A stretch of 64,000 nucleotides of DNA from Hydrolagus affinis (GCA_012026655.1 JAAILG010000826.1:1-64000), one strand, 5' to 3'. Shown: positions 23,537 to 35,905, counted from the stretch's first letter. Made by a program: numbers and translations. The notes: generated by a model from the sequence alone, not told the origin.

Positions 23537-26499
23537 TTGTTTGGTTTTAGTATAGGAAGTGCATCATGAGGCGAGACTGTGATGTTGATAAAACTGAGGA
23601 AAAACACCTGTCAAAAATAACATGTCACGGTAAGTTATTTATTTGTGTTAGTTTCATGTGTCCATAATGGATGTCACTGAGTATAAACATATTATTATAG
23701 TATTACTGTATCATAATTATTTAAAAGATAGTTGAAGTGATGGCCGCATGAGAAAATTATTCAAGTGAAAATTACAGTAATAAACTCAGTGCTATATATT
23801 CTGTCAGAAATGTCACTTTTTCTATTTTCTTGCACGGGTAATTGGCTTTCTCAAAGTGATAGCAGATTTTCAATAAAGTTACCATTTTTCTAGAATTAAA
23901 AAAATTGTGGCACAGTATTTTTACATTCCATACCTTTGCACACCACAATTGTTTGTGGGATATTGCTGTGCACAAGTTGCTATGTTGCTGAGCTGCTGTA
24001 TTCACCTACATAGATACACACTCTTATTGGGATATGGAGGTACTGTATTAAAAATTAATTATAGTTAGTTCCAATCAGGCACCAATTAAAACCATCTATC
24101 CACAACACAGGCATGGTCAGCAACCTTGAGCAAAAGGGAGAGAAACAACTTGTCTACACAAAATACCAGGTGCACATTCCCCTGCGCTGAGACAACCTTG
24201 GGTACTGGTCCGTGCCAATAATCCAAGGAACACAATAACATCAGTAGCATCTAAGATAAATAAAGAATTGAAGGAGAGCAGCTTGAGATATAGATAGGGC
24301 AAAGGACTCAATTAACAAAGGCGCAAAGGATTGTACTCATTTGGGAAATTGCCAAGTGAGTAGCAGGACAGCCATCTCAAGGTCTGTGAACAACTCCCTA
24401 CAACTCTGGCCTTTAGATAGTCTGGTTTTGACATCGCTTCTGGACAATGTCCAAGTGATCAACTGGCTGAGTTAGTTATGGTGGAGAAGTATAAAGATAG
24501 GAGAGAAAGAGTGGCTCATTACAACAGTTGGGGAGTGTCTCAGGGTAAACCGAGATCTCCAGCCTGCCACTGTTGTCCAGAATTACTGGAACGGGTCATG
24601 ATTCCAGTTGTTCTGTTTTACAGGCAGGGAAGGGGCAATTAGAAAAGGAAAGTTAGAAGGAGTGAGTATTGTAAGAAGCTTCAACCTGACCTATGGTATA
24701 ACAGCCTGAATCCGGCATTGTATTCTACATAGAATTGGTAGTATGATTATTTACTCTTTTATTCTATCATTCTAAAATTGCTTATCATCATTAAATCACT
24801 ATACCTTTATTAAGGATTGTTGGGTCATTATTTTGAACTCTCAGGATCGGAAATCCCAACATTCTACTGTATATATTTTACGGTACTCCCGTGAAGTGCT
24901 TCTAGGCACTCCGTTGAGACGATAGACGCTACATCAGATGCAATGGTTAATATTATTAATGATTTATTTTGAATCTAAGATACATTTGTTTTTAGCAAAT
25001 AAAATGAAACATATTTCTATTTTGTGAAACATTTGTGATATGTTGTCTTTGAGAAAATCTGCTCTCATTTGAAATTGAACTGCTGATTTGAATGCTGTAA
25101 ATTTATTAATAAATGAATTTATTCACACAGCAGTGAAGAAGTCCATTTATCACTGAGAGCATATTTTTTGTATGATACTTGATAATGTAGAATAACAACT
25201 ATGTGAAAAGCCAGTGTGGCATCTTTTTTCAGTGAGATTAAAACAATAACTAAATAAGTAAATGAGGCTCAGAATTACTGATGAAATCCTGGAGGGCATT
25301 TGTGTTGAACAGAAAATATGTGACAAAAAACTGGGAAAAGGTGAAAAACCTGAGTGTGTGAGCCAGATGGTATCTGTGGGAAATCTTCCAATAAATGCAT
25401 CATTTGGGGAAAGATTGAAGATTTATCTTGTGTAAGCTATTAGAGGTATGAAAAAAAATCGATAAAAGGGTAAAGACAGGACAAGAAGTGGAAAATCTGA
25501 TCTAGTGTTTTTGCATCAGTTTGGTCTCTAGTGGTATTAATCTGTAGCTATAAGACAACCTCAATTTCATTTAAATACTGTATTAGTGCAAATTAATTGA
25601 CCTGACTATAAAATGTATGATAATCCTCAGGCTTTAACAATAATATCTCTGAAGATATTAATAGAAATATGGATCTTTGAATTATCTGATTATTTTAGTG
25701 AATAAAACATGTACATATGGTATTGTGATATAAAATTATACACAGTAGCAACTGTCTAACATATCTTTCATTCCTAGAAACCAAAGCTACAATATGAACT
25801 TGTGATTTGGTAGCAAATTTGTAATGAAAATTGCTCAAATTTGCAAAATAGGAAGAAAATCATATCAAGGCATGGAACATTTTGTTAATTCATTTACATG
25901 AAGTAACATAGTGATGGTAGCTATGTACTGTTTGAACTGATTCAATGATTAGTGTTATAGTCAATATTTTTTCACTCACTGTGATAAGGACAGCCTGGCT
26001 AACAATTATAACTCAGGCCTCCCACCTATGCTTAATACCGAAACACAATTAATTCCAAATGTTTGGGTGGCAATGAACAAACTAAATCGACAGCTGATGA
26101 GTTGTTTCAACACTCCATTAACTCAATACTGTTTATCATGCTGGATGGATGATATTTTTGTTGGCTGTTCACTGTTCAAAAATATTCAGTAAGTTAGCAG
26201 ATCAACATTATGTTATAAATTACTAGGTGAATATTTCCATCTGTGTTTATTATTTTATGCTGCCACAAATAATGCTTCTAAAAATAATCCACCATCTACA
26301 CATGAAATGTGCAGCCTGATAACACTTTCAATTAATCTATATTTTACTGGTAAAAAAATGTCCAGTTAAATTTCTTGATGAGTTTTAATCATGTAATTAA
26401 GAGTGAAGTCACAAGCTTTTCTCTATGCCTCAGTCATACTTGCTCCCAGGAAAATAGATTCAAAGTTCTTATTTTAATAAGCACGGTTCCCAAATCTTT

Positions 26500-26710
26500 A
26501 CCTTCCTCTGCCTCAGTCCCTCTCTCTGCCTTTTCCTTACCTAGCTTTAGAACTCTCCTCCATACCTATCCACACTTTGGGTCAACTTTACCTCCCACCC
26601 CCACTCTTCTCAGCTTCCCGCACTGCCAGCTTGGGCTTCCCTCAGCCTTGTAAACTCATTTGGGCTTTCCTCTCAATGTGAAAGGTGCTGTAAAAATCAG
26701 ATTTTCATTG
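26500..26710 (+). mobile_element. Old L2 3' fragment
   Basis: SLPSFRTLLHTY-like remnant and tail TTTGGGCTTTCCTCTCAATGTGAAAGGTGCTGTAAAAAT. Confidence 0.6.
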
Positions 26711-26839
26711 GTCCTGCAGTTTCTTCAGTGACCAGTATGGTACCAATTGTGCCGTCACTTATACAAACTGAGCTCACATCTAACTTTTCTTATTAATGAA
26801 TCTAAATGTGTATAGTTTAACAAGCAAGCTTGGGTGAAC

Positions 26840-26922
26840 AGCAACAACAAAATGTAACAACAACAAAATTATATTTGCATAGTGTGTTTCACGTTGGGAG
26901 AATGTCCCAAGGCGCTGAACAG
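26840..26922 (-). mobile_element. L2 tail-only insertion
   Basis: (CAA)n AAAATTATATTTGCATAG..TTTCACGTTGGGAGAATGTCCCAAGGCGCTGAACAG. Confidence 0.85.
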
Positions 26923-27019
26923 CTGCTTTTTGGTTAACAAGGAAGCTTTGGTGTTTTCCATCAGTCAAAAGTCTCAAATGATGAGCATAGATCAATATGA
27001 ACACACTGTACATTTCTAG

Positions 27020-27364
27020 TAGGGTCCGTCGATATGGAAATTTTCCGATATCGATATATCTGTTTGCCCATATTGATATATACCGATATATTGATATCGC
27101 CGATATATCGATATATATCGATATTGTGGGGGTTTATTGTCCTGCGCATGCGCGCACATTCCGGTGCGTGCGCGCATTCGGATATCGACAAGGTAAGTTG
27201 AAAATGTCCGCATTATACCGATATATACTGATATATCGATATATCGCCGGACACGTTATATGGATATTTGTGATATATCGATATATTTTAAATTCCAATA
27301 TCGGCATATCGATATGAAAATTATATCGGATATAACCGATATATCTATATATCGCCGGACCCTA
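27020..27364. mobile_element. Intact hAT MITE (345 bp) with perfect 8-bp TSD
   Basis: TIRs TAGGGTCCGTCGATAT / ATATCGCCGGACCCTA; TSD ATTTCTAG at 27012-27019 and 27365-27372; many CGATAT(ATCG) subterminal motifs. Confidence 0.95.
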
Positions 27365-27413
27365 ATTTCTAGAAATATATTATTGTTACAGGAAAGAACC
27401 TCAACTGTAGCTT

Positions 27414-27776
27414 GAAGTTCTATAGCTCAGTGAATAGAGCACTTGCCTCACAAATGAGAAACCTGAATCAGATTCCCAGCAAGGCGTAAACTTAGGCAAG
27501 TTTCCTTACTCCACACGCCTCTGTTTACCGAGCAATAGGTAGGAACCTGGTTGTTAGTCAATTGGCGGATTGCTTTTCCAGAAGTAATATTCCTTAAAAA
27601 CAAGGTTCACTTCAATCCACGACTGTTTGTGGGACACAGTTGAGTGCAATTGGTTGCCGCTTTTCGCGCACACAATATACAATCTATTCACTTTACACTA
27701 TATTCTGGGAAGCACTTTGAGACATCTCAAAAAAGATGTGATAAGGTGTTATGTCAAATGCAAGGATTATTATTAT
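27414..27776 (+). mobile_element. tRNA-Ala SINE, long variant, full length
   Basis: TAGCTCAGTGAATAGAGCAC head, TTAGGCAAGTTTCCTTACTCCACACGCCTCTGTTTACC centre, (TTA)n tail. Confidence 0.92.
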
Positions 27777-28999
27777 AAAACAAAATTCGTACAGTCTATT
27801 TGTTGTAGCAGTACTATCACCAGCAGTGGAAATTCTTCATGAAACTAATATCCATGCATCATACCTTTCAATTTTCTGTGAGAAAATGGCAATGGCGTAT
27901 GATAATGTTGCCCCAACAATTGAATATTGAGATTCTAAATGCTGATTTACAATACAAATAGTGGATTTTAGAATGACAATAAACATCTCAACATAAACCA
28001 GCAGGATATTTTATTTATATTTAAATCATTGTTGATGCACAAAGCTAGCAGATTTCCACTTCAGAAAATGGCATTCTGAAACCCACAATATTCTATGATG
28101 GTATCATTTATTTGGGAGAAATACATCAAAAGTAATGATATAACCTTACTGGAGACTGAAGTACTCTTTCTAATATTTCTCCCAGTGGGGAGAAGTAACA
28201 ATTCCATTAATTAAAGGCCTTTTACTCACAATCGGCAGTCACATCTTATTTCTGTCAGTGATAGCTTTTCATCCTGCAAAGAGACATGCTATGGGTGAGT
28301 CAGTAATTCTCATGTAAGTGTATGTTTCAAACTGAGGTATACAAGATTTCTATTTAATACTCTTTGCTTTCCATCTGATTAGCTTGTTTGTGGGTGGGCA
28401 CATTATCCTCAGAATGAGTTTAATTGTCCCATATCCTCTGTGAATTTAGTTTTCATTGGACCTTCAGAAACTGCCTCATGAACCAAATAAACATAAAATT
28501 GACATTACAAGGTCTGATCTGTGCATCATTCTGTGGAACGATGTTTAGCTTTAGTGCATCATTTGTTGATGGGATTATTTTTTTCTTCAAACCCACACAA
28601 GGCGTATTCTGAAATCAATAATTTTTTTCACTATATATAGTTACCTCAATTTTGAAGTGTCTCTTCTATCCCTGTGTCACCAACAATTGTTTCACAATAT
28701 TCTTGTGTACCATTTCAGCAAGAATAATTGGCGAGAGAGAGAGTAAAATAGAGACCAATGTGAGTGAAGAAATACGTGTTTACTATTTGTTTGACATCTG
28801 GTCTAACTAGTTAGCCTAGTGTTTCCTCCAATTATTGTCTAGATGCTGTCAATGGGAACTTAATATATCATATCCAAAAGCCTATCCTTTACCAGCTGCC
28901 AAGAAAATTATATTGCAGGCACCTCTCTGATTCTGCTCTGGGATAGTGTCAGGACATTTAAAGAAGTTATAATACTTCTTTCAACAACTACAGCTTCCA

Positions 29000-29225
29000 T
29001 TTACATAGCATATTTTACAGAGGGTAGTGTCTTGGACTGCAGTATAGCGGCAAGATTGGATACCGAATAAGGGAGAAGGGGCGAAGGGATGGTTGCAATG
29101 GTGTCTTAAAGTGGAATTTAAAGATAAATAAATAGTGGGTGAGGCAGAAGGATTGAGCCAGGAAGTTCCAGAGGTTAAAGACATAGTTGCTGAGGGCATG
29201 GCAACCAATGGTGGCACAGTGATTC
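29000..29225 (-). mobile_element. Old L2 3' fragment
   Basis: Translated TIGCHALSNYVFNLWNFLAQSFCLTHYLFIFKFHFKT, a decayed form of TIGGRAFS..LWNSIPQSL..FK..LKT. Confidence 0.7.
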
Positions 29226-29437
29226 ATTAATCTTCAACTGCCATTATATATTTAGGGAAAAAATCTAGATTTCCATAGGAGAATGTTTAGGATACTGTAC
29301 ATGAACAAAAGATGCAAAAGTCTTTAAGAACTGAAGGGAACTTAATGTTCTTTCCACACATAGAAAATGCTTTTGAGAAAAGGCAATTTCATCTTCCCCA
29401 TAAATCTTCCTTGTAGTTCAGTCTGAGAAACTCTGAG

Positions 29438-29560
29438 TAATAATAATAATAATAATAAAAGGTATATTAATGGTAATACTTGGATTTGATAGCTTTTTAC
29501 ATCTTCCAGATGTGACAAAATATACTCTAAAGTGAATTGACTGTATATTTTTGTACTGTA
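29438..29560 (-). mobile_element. SINE 3' fragment
   Basis: (TAA)n, TTTGATAGCTTTTTACATCTTCCAGATG..AAAGTGAATTGACTGTATA. Confidence 0.7.
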
Positions 29561-29565
29561 TATTG

Positions 29566-30015
29566 ATAATAATAATCCTTGTAGTTGATATAGCACTTGA
29601 TCACATCTTTGAGAAATCTCAAAGCACTTCACAGAATATACTGTAAAGTGAATGAATTGACTGTAAATTTTCTGGACGAAATTCGCCAACCAGTTTGCTC
29701 AAGGCAATGTCTCACAAATAACCATGGAGTGCATGACCAATTTTATTTTGGGGGATTTTTGACCAGGACATTGGGTGAGAGAAATTCCCTACTTTTTTTG
29801 AATAGTCTTACCATCCATCTGAATAGACAGACAGGAGCTCTGTTTAAAGTCTCAAATGAAGGATGGCACCTCCGGAATTGCAGTGGACCCCCAACACTGC
29901 ACTGGCACACCAGCATAGACTATATAATCACAAGTCCTTACCTGGGACTTCAACCCACAAACTTCTGACTTGAGAGTGCGAGAGGCAAAAATGCTATCAT
30001 TGCATCAGGCTGACA
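29566..30015 (-). mobile_element. Near-complete Deu-domain SINE sharing the 3' module of the tRNA-Ala SINE
   Basis: 3' half resembles the young SINE. It is followed by GACAGACAGGAGCTCTGTTTAAAGTCTCAAATGAAGGATGGCACCTCC..CACTGCACTGG (Deu domain, reversed) and head GGACTTCAACCCACAAACTTCTGACTTGAGA. Confidence 0.75.
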
Positions 30016-30679
30016 TGCCTGACAAAAAATAATAATAATATACTGTATGTTCAGTTGCTTCGTCACAATCCTTTTCAATGAAGAGAATGGGTCACAAAAC
30101 TTCTCATTAGCTCTTGAATACTATTGGACATTCAACATTATAGAATGTAAGTTTTGTTTCAACCAAGAGCTTGGAAGGACCTTAATGCGGAACAAAAAAC
30201 AACCTTGCTGCCCAGGAAGAGCAAAAGTTTTTTGAATGAAATTATGTCAACATCTGGAATGATCAACTGACAAATCTCTGTGATTATATCCCAGCTCAGC
30301 CAGAATTGTCCAACATAATACCCTTTGAACAGTCAAAGATCATTTATTCTTGAGCCCGTATAATAACATAATATTGTCATCTCCCGAATCACCTTGATCT
30401 TTCCCACTTAACCTGTTCCTCCAGCTCCTCCCCTGAGAGGCAATAACTGCAACTGTTGCTATCAAAGACATATTGCAAGACAGCAGTAGTGCGCAATGAG
30501 TGATAGTGGGGTGCAAAAGTGTCCAAAAAGAAAAATATGTGTAAATTTCTGCTCAACATCCAGGTTTGTTTTTTGGCGGCAAATGGTTGGAGAATTTCAT
30601 GGCAGATGGAAGATTCACAGACAAGGTAGTTTCTTGGTGCTTGCTGGGTGTTCAAGCAGATATCACATTTGTACTAGCT

Positions 30680-31180
30680 GACTTCTCAAATTGCCCTCTT
30701 TGCCAGTCTCCCCAGCTCCATCATGCACAAGCTGATCCCAAACTCCATACTCACTAGTGATAAACTGCATCCCCATCACCCCAATTCTAGCCAGGCTAAC
30801 CCAGGATTCCCTATCACCGAACGGTTCGATTTCAAGATCCTCACACTTGTTTTCAGATCCCTACAGCTCTGACTTGTTTACACACAAACCACTGCCTCCG
30901 CTCAACAGGCTTTGGCTTTCTGCATATCCCTCATGCCCTCCATCATTGATAGCTGCACTTTCAGCCACTATGGACCAAAACTCCAGAACACTCTTCCTCT
31001 ATACCACCACCTTGCCCCTCCCTTCCCCCACCTTAAGGTCGCACCTGAAGACCTTACTATTTGAGTGTGCCTACGGTCATCTTGTACTCCCCGTGACTCG
31101 GCGTCATGTTCCTCCACTGTCAACCACTCTGAAATGTTACCCTGCACTAGGGGCTCTATATAAATGCAAGTTGTTTTTGT
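30680..31180 (+). mobile_element. Old L2 3' fragment
   Basis: PITPILARL..LRSHLKTLLFECAYG; tail CTCTATATAAATGCAAGTTGTT. Confidence 0.85.
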
Positions 31181-31315
31181 CAAGAAGCTCAGATGGTTTG
31201 TAATTTTTTCTCTCTCCTAAGTAGTTTCAATGCAATTAAATTGATTGACATTGAATCTTTGCTGATAAAATTCCAATCATCCAATCATCATTCCCTCTTC
31301 TCCCTTTTTGGACTG

Positions 31316-31398
31316 AACATAGGAATCTAAGAATGGGAAGGAGTAGGCCATTTATCCCTCAAGCCTGGTACACTATTCTATAAAATCATGCCTGATTT
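31316..31398 (-). mobile_element. CR1 3' end
   Basis: AACATAGGAATC..GGAGTAGGCCATTTATCCCTCAAGCCTG..ATCATGCCTGAT, a shark-type CR1 terminus. Confidence 0.7.
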
Positions 31399-31403
31399 GA
31401 TAG

Positions 31404-31470
31404 AATGGGTTAAAATGTACAACAGAAGCACCGAGTGTTCTGTTGCTTCTGTTATATATTTCAACCTATT
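31404..31470. repeat. Imperfect 27-bp-stem hairpin
   Basis: AATGGGTTAAAATGTACAACAGAAGCA / TGCTTCTGTTATATATTTCAACCTATT: 23 Watson-Crick pairs, 2 G-U, 2 mismatches, 13-nt loop. Confidence 0.85.
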
Positions 31471-31744
31471 AATTCAATCGAATATGACCACTTGAATTTA
31501 CCTACTGCTAACAAAATATCTAAATTATGTATCTTGTGTAATCTGAACATAATTCTTGTTGATCTGGAATTTTAACCATAAGCACATTCGGAACGATGAG
31601 AGGAATAAGTTAATTGGAATACACTCTTCACAAAACAATGAAATGTCACACAAATTGGCTCTATTTATCTGGACCTATTAATGCTGAATGATTCTATTTT
31701 ATACAAGGGAGGAGAAAATGATTGACTCATGCTCTTGTTCCATC

Positions 31745-32500
31745 TCATGAAGTCAGTCAGGAACCTGGGTGTCTTTTTTGACCCTGAACTATCCTTTCTC
31801 CACCACATCCTGCCGTGACTAGCAATGCCTTCTACCACCTCCATAACATCGTTAGACTCTGCCACTGCCTCATCCTTCAGACTGCCGAAACCCTCATCCA
31901 TGCATTTGTCACATCAAGGCTTGACTATGGAAACTTCCTCCACGTCGGCCTTCCTGGCTCTTCCCTTCACAAGCTGCAGATCATTCAGAACTCTGCAGCG
32001 TGTATCCTCTCCCGCACTAGGCACCCCGACCCCTGCTCCCACCCTTGCCTGGCTCCATTGGTTCCCCATCCTCCAGAAAATCGAATTCAAGATTCTCGTC
32101 CTCACTTTCATCACAGCCTTGGCCCTTACTATCTCCGCCCTGCTGACTCCCTACCAACCTACCCATCCCCTCCATTCAGCGGGCTCCGGTCTGCTCCATG
32201 CCTCATGCTCGAGCTGCTCTACCATCGGTGGCCGGCATTTGAGCCTCCCTGCACTCACACTCTGGAACTCCATCCCACAATCCCTTTGTATCGCTTCCTC
32301 CCTTGCCTCCTTCGAGGCTAGTCTCAAGACTCTCCTTTTTGATCGTGGCTTTTGACACCCTCCTGCCTCTCTCCCTCCCCTCCCCCCCACCCTATCCTGT
32401 CTCTTCCCCGTGTTCGAGTCCCGACTTCTGACTGTTCAGCGCCTTGGGACCTCCTCCCGACATGAAAGGCAGTCTATAAATCTAATTTTGTTGTTGTTGT
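31745..32500 (+). mobile_element. 5'-truncated L2 LINE
   Basis: AETLIHAFVTSRLDYGN..KLQIIQNSAA..WLHWFPILQKIEFKIL..LWNSIPQSL, with a (TTG)n tail. Confidence 0.95.
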
Positions 32501-32859
32501 TATACTTTCATACAAAATTACCATAAATCAGCCAGGTCCCATTAAGTTATTTTCCCCATAAAAAAATAATTCTCAGGATAATATTTCTGGCATAAAGTAA
32601 ATAAATACAGTATATAGGTTGCCATAATTTACAGAAGATGTGGACGACAATGTATTCATCCTAATAGTAAAACTTCAACATTCTATTAATTGTTAAGTTT
32701 GTTTTTACACCTGTTTACTGATGCAGGATTTGAAAGAGGAAAATTGATAAATTCAGATCAAATGAGGTCAATTATTTAAAAAACTTACTTTTGGTCAATT
32801 TTGCATTCACTGAGATTTGATTCATTAGTATTGAGGAATGCATTACTTTCCCTTTTGAG

Positions 32860-32985
32860 ACAGCCAATGTCAGCAGACCCTGGTCAGATACAGTACAGTT
32901 TGACACAGAATAAAGCTCCCTCTGCTCTGTACCAGTATTAATGTGCCTCAGCCCAATCTAAGATGAGTGCCCCCTACTGCAGAAA
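32860..32985 (-). mobile_element. Possible LF-SINE-like ancient SINE 3' segment
   Basis: Reverse strand GGGCTGAGGCACATT..GAGGGAGCTTT..TGTACTGTATCTG resembles the recalled LF-SINE GGGTTGAGGCACATT..GGGGAAGCTTG..GTGCTGTACCTG. Confidence 0.4.
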
Positions 32986-34454
32986 TGTGATATTTCTTGT
33001 ACTTTCTGTGAATTGTCAATTAACTGTAGATTATGCATTGAATGTACACAATTTTGGGTTGAACTGAAACCAAACTGAGTATAACTATAACCATTATGTG
33101 AAAGTGCAGCAAATTATAAATGGAATAAAGCACGTAAATTTATTGAATTTTAAAACATTCATTTTTAATTGACAAAACTTGACCTTTCTGAATTTGATAC
33201 CAGAAACATATATCCAATTGGTCAATTTGATAGTATCTTCAGATTTCGCTTTGTCAATTGATTCTAATATAGTACATGAACAGTTTTTTTTTATCAATCC
33301 CACTAAAATTAATAATGCAGTATACAGACAAATGATTTATGATGAAGTGAATTTATGGCATGATATCTATCAATCGAGATTATTGATTCTATACCATTAT
33401 TTCCCTATCATCGGCATCTAGGACAATCAATTTAAAGCATGGCATTATGAGTGACTTCCATATATTGATATTTGGAAATGGTGTCAGCTAATATACAAAG
33501 AATACTGCTATAACTGACTGAGAAGCACTGAGAAAGCCTAAGAAAGGCATCCCAGGATATATCGTTATTTCTCATTGGAGCTGTAGTGCCAGCAAATTGC
33601 TACCATCACCTGAGTAAATTCAAAATGTTGATCTAAAATCAATACCAATATTTTCAAAAATGCACAGCAAAATCCATAACCTAAGAATAATCTTGAAAAG
33701 TTCTTATTTTCTTCACGATTTTGACAGCACAAGATGATCTTTTAAGAAATATTTTAACAAAAAACGTTAAAAACAAATTGTCTGTCATCTCACACAATGC
33801 TAAAACAATCTCCAGTGTACTAAAATTCACAACAAGCATTAGTTGTTCATTATTGCATAAATAATCACATCTGCAAGCACAATCTCTTTGATATTGTTGA
33901 TGGAAGTTTGATTATTATGACTGGGTTCAATGCTCTCCACTTGTCATCTTTGGAATTGACAAGAGAACGTAAGGTTCTGAAGACTCAAAGTCGTGATGGT
34001 TAAATTTGAATCTAATGAGAATATGTCTGTATTTGGTGTCATTGCCAACATCCATCACATTTTGTGAAGTACATGCTTTAATTTGTATCTCTCCTCCACT
34101 CAGTTGGAACTCAGAATAGGTAAAGTATTATGAGTATTTGGTATGAAGAATCATTGTAATTTAGACATTCAGTGCATGTCTTCACTGTAATACAGCATTT
34201 TCCAAAGTCTCTCATTTCAATAGAATTCAAAAATCATCACACTAGATTGAGAGCACAACAATTCTTATCACTCATTATCGTATTATTCTATCCTACCCTG
34301 ATATTTTTTTCTATGAATGACTTAGCCAAATTGGCCTACGTAAATCAACTTTCATTAATTGAACAGAGCGAGCTTTGAACCTGTTCTTCACTCTAAAATA
34401 GCATGGAACAAATTATTTTACATGCAACAAATGTTTACACTGTTTAACGCTACA

Positions 34455-34510
34455 TGGGACGTCCTCCCGACGCAAAAAGCTCTCTACAAATGTAATTTTG
34501 TTGTTGTTGT
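34455..34510 (+). mobile_element. L2 tail-only insertion
   Basis: TGGGACGTCCTCCCGACGCAAAAAGCTCTCTACAAATGTAATTT(TGT)n. Confidence 0.85.
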
Positions 34511-34662
34511 TACAAAGGGCTACCTTTGGTTACAAAATTAAAGAATCATTTTGGTATCGCAAAGGAATATTAAAAGCACAACAGCTGTTCAAGGTCAAGT
34601 GATCCATGAAAATTCTAAGATATAATGAATATCATTAATTTAATATTGTCAAACAATGAACT

Positions 34663-35034
34663 TGTGACGATCCTCCCTGGGAGGTAAGACTCACTTCCTT
34701 GGAGCTGAATTGGCTCCAAGGTGACCTGTTTGGCAATACAAGATTGGAATCAAGCCAGCCCTCTGTGGTGGTCTTATGTGTCTGGTTCCTGAGCCAGGCG
34801 GGTCCGCAGTAAATTCAGAGGACAGCACAGCCAGCCTGGCTCATCGACAGGACTTGGCAGGGCAGATTAGTCACTGGTGGCAGGGAATCCTCCCATTCCA
34901 CTCCTGCTAACCCTGCAATCCTAAACTCAAACAGGTAGCCAAAAAGTGCGCCAAACAGTGCTATCAATTGCAAGCTGTGCAGTTTTAGCTGATTAGACTC
35001 CAGCAGTACCCCAATTCACATTTTGGAGGCCCCA
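34663..35034 (+). mobile_element. Probable LTR (34663-35020) followed by a tRNA-Thr-type primer-binding site
   Basis: GC-richer island bounded by TGTGA...TCACA, then TTT and TGGAGGCCCCA (35024-35034), complementary to the 3' end ...TGGGGCCTCCA of vertebrate tRNA-Thr(TGT). Confidence 0.55.
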
Positions 35035-35630
35035 AGCCTTGGCTCCTACCAACCTGCACGAAAACTTTATGGAATTAGGTAAGCAGGAAGCATCTCTCCA
35101 GGGAAGGAGTGCGCATATCATTCCAACAATCTATCTCTAGAATTTCTAGCGTATGGGGGAATACGGAGGAATTCATAGAATTCCTCCATTTGGTTTGGGT
35201 TTCTGTATGTGTCAGACACACGGCTGACCCCCCAAAATAGTGTTTAACTTGCTCTGGGACCCTATCCTGTATAAAGGGCACCTTATAAAAGCAAGGTATT
35301 GTTTAACTCCATCTACTTATATACAGTATATGTATTTATATGCTTATAATGAACATTTTGCCTACAAATTTAAAGTGTCTAGTTTTACAGGAGGAACAGT
35401 TCTACGCTATAATCTTATGAAGCACATTTTTCTTTCTCTGCATCGTGACATAAGATGAAATGTTCTTGTCATATTGATGGTGATCAGTAATGACAAGGGG
35501 AAAATTGGCTACAGTAGCAGAAGTCATAAGCTTGACTGGGAAAACTCATCAACAGAATAACAAGAATGCATTTACGATATAGAACAAAATAATACGTGAG
35601 AGTACTCTCCACCTAAGGAGCATTTAACAT

Positions 35631-35905
35631 ATAATAATAATCTTTGCATTTGATATCGCACTTGATCATGTCTTGTGGGCATTTCAAAGCGCTTCACAGA
35701 ATATACTATAAAGTGAATTGACTATATATTTTGTGGGCAGAATGCAGCAGCCAATTGCGCAGTGTCCCACAAACAGTTGTGGAGTGCATGACAAAATTAC
35801 TATTTATTTTTGAGGAATTATTATCCCTGGAAAAGTGATCCGGCAAACCACTAGCAATCAGTTCCGACTTACTGCTAGATAAACAGAGGCATGTGGAGGA
35901 AGGAA
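35631..35905 (-). mobile_element. tRNA-Ala SINE (long variant, head missing)
   Basis: (TAA)n tail, body, CTTACTGCTAGATAAACAGAGGCATGTGGAG. Confidence 0.88.

Noticed and set aside
24100-24720. GC-richer block that might be an LTR or a CR1 5' region
   Set aside because: I could not define termini, a TSD or a translatable motif.
26961-27317. Overlapping Ile/Tyr/Arg-rich ORFs (also 14-307)
   Set aside because: Artefacts of the stop-poor CGATAT repeats in the MITE.
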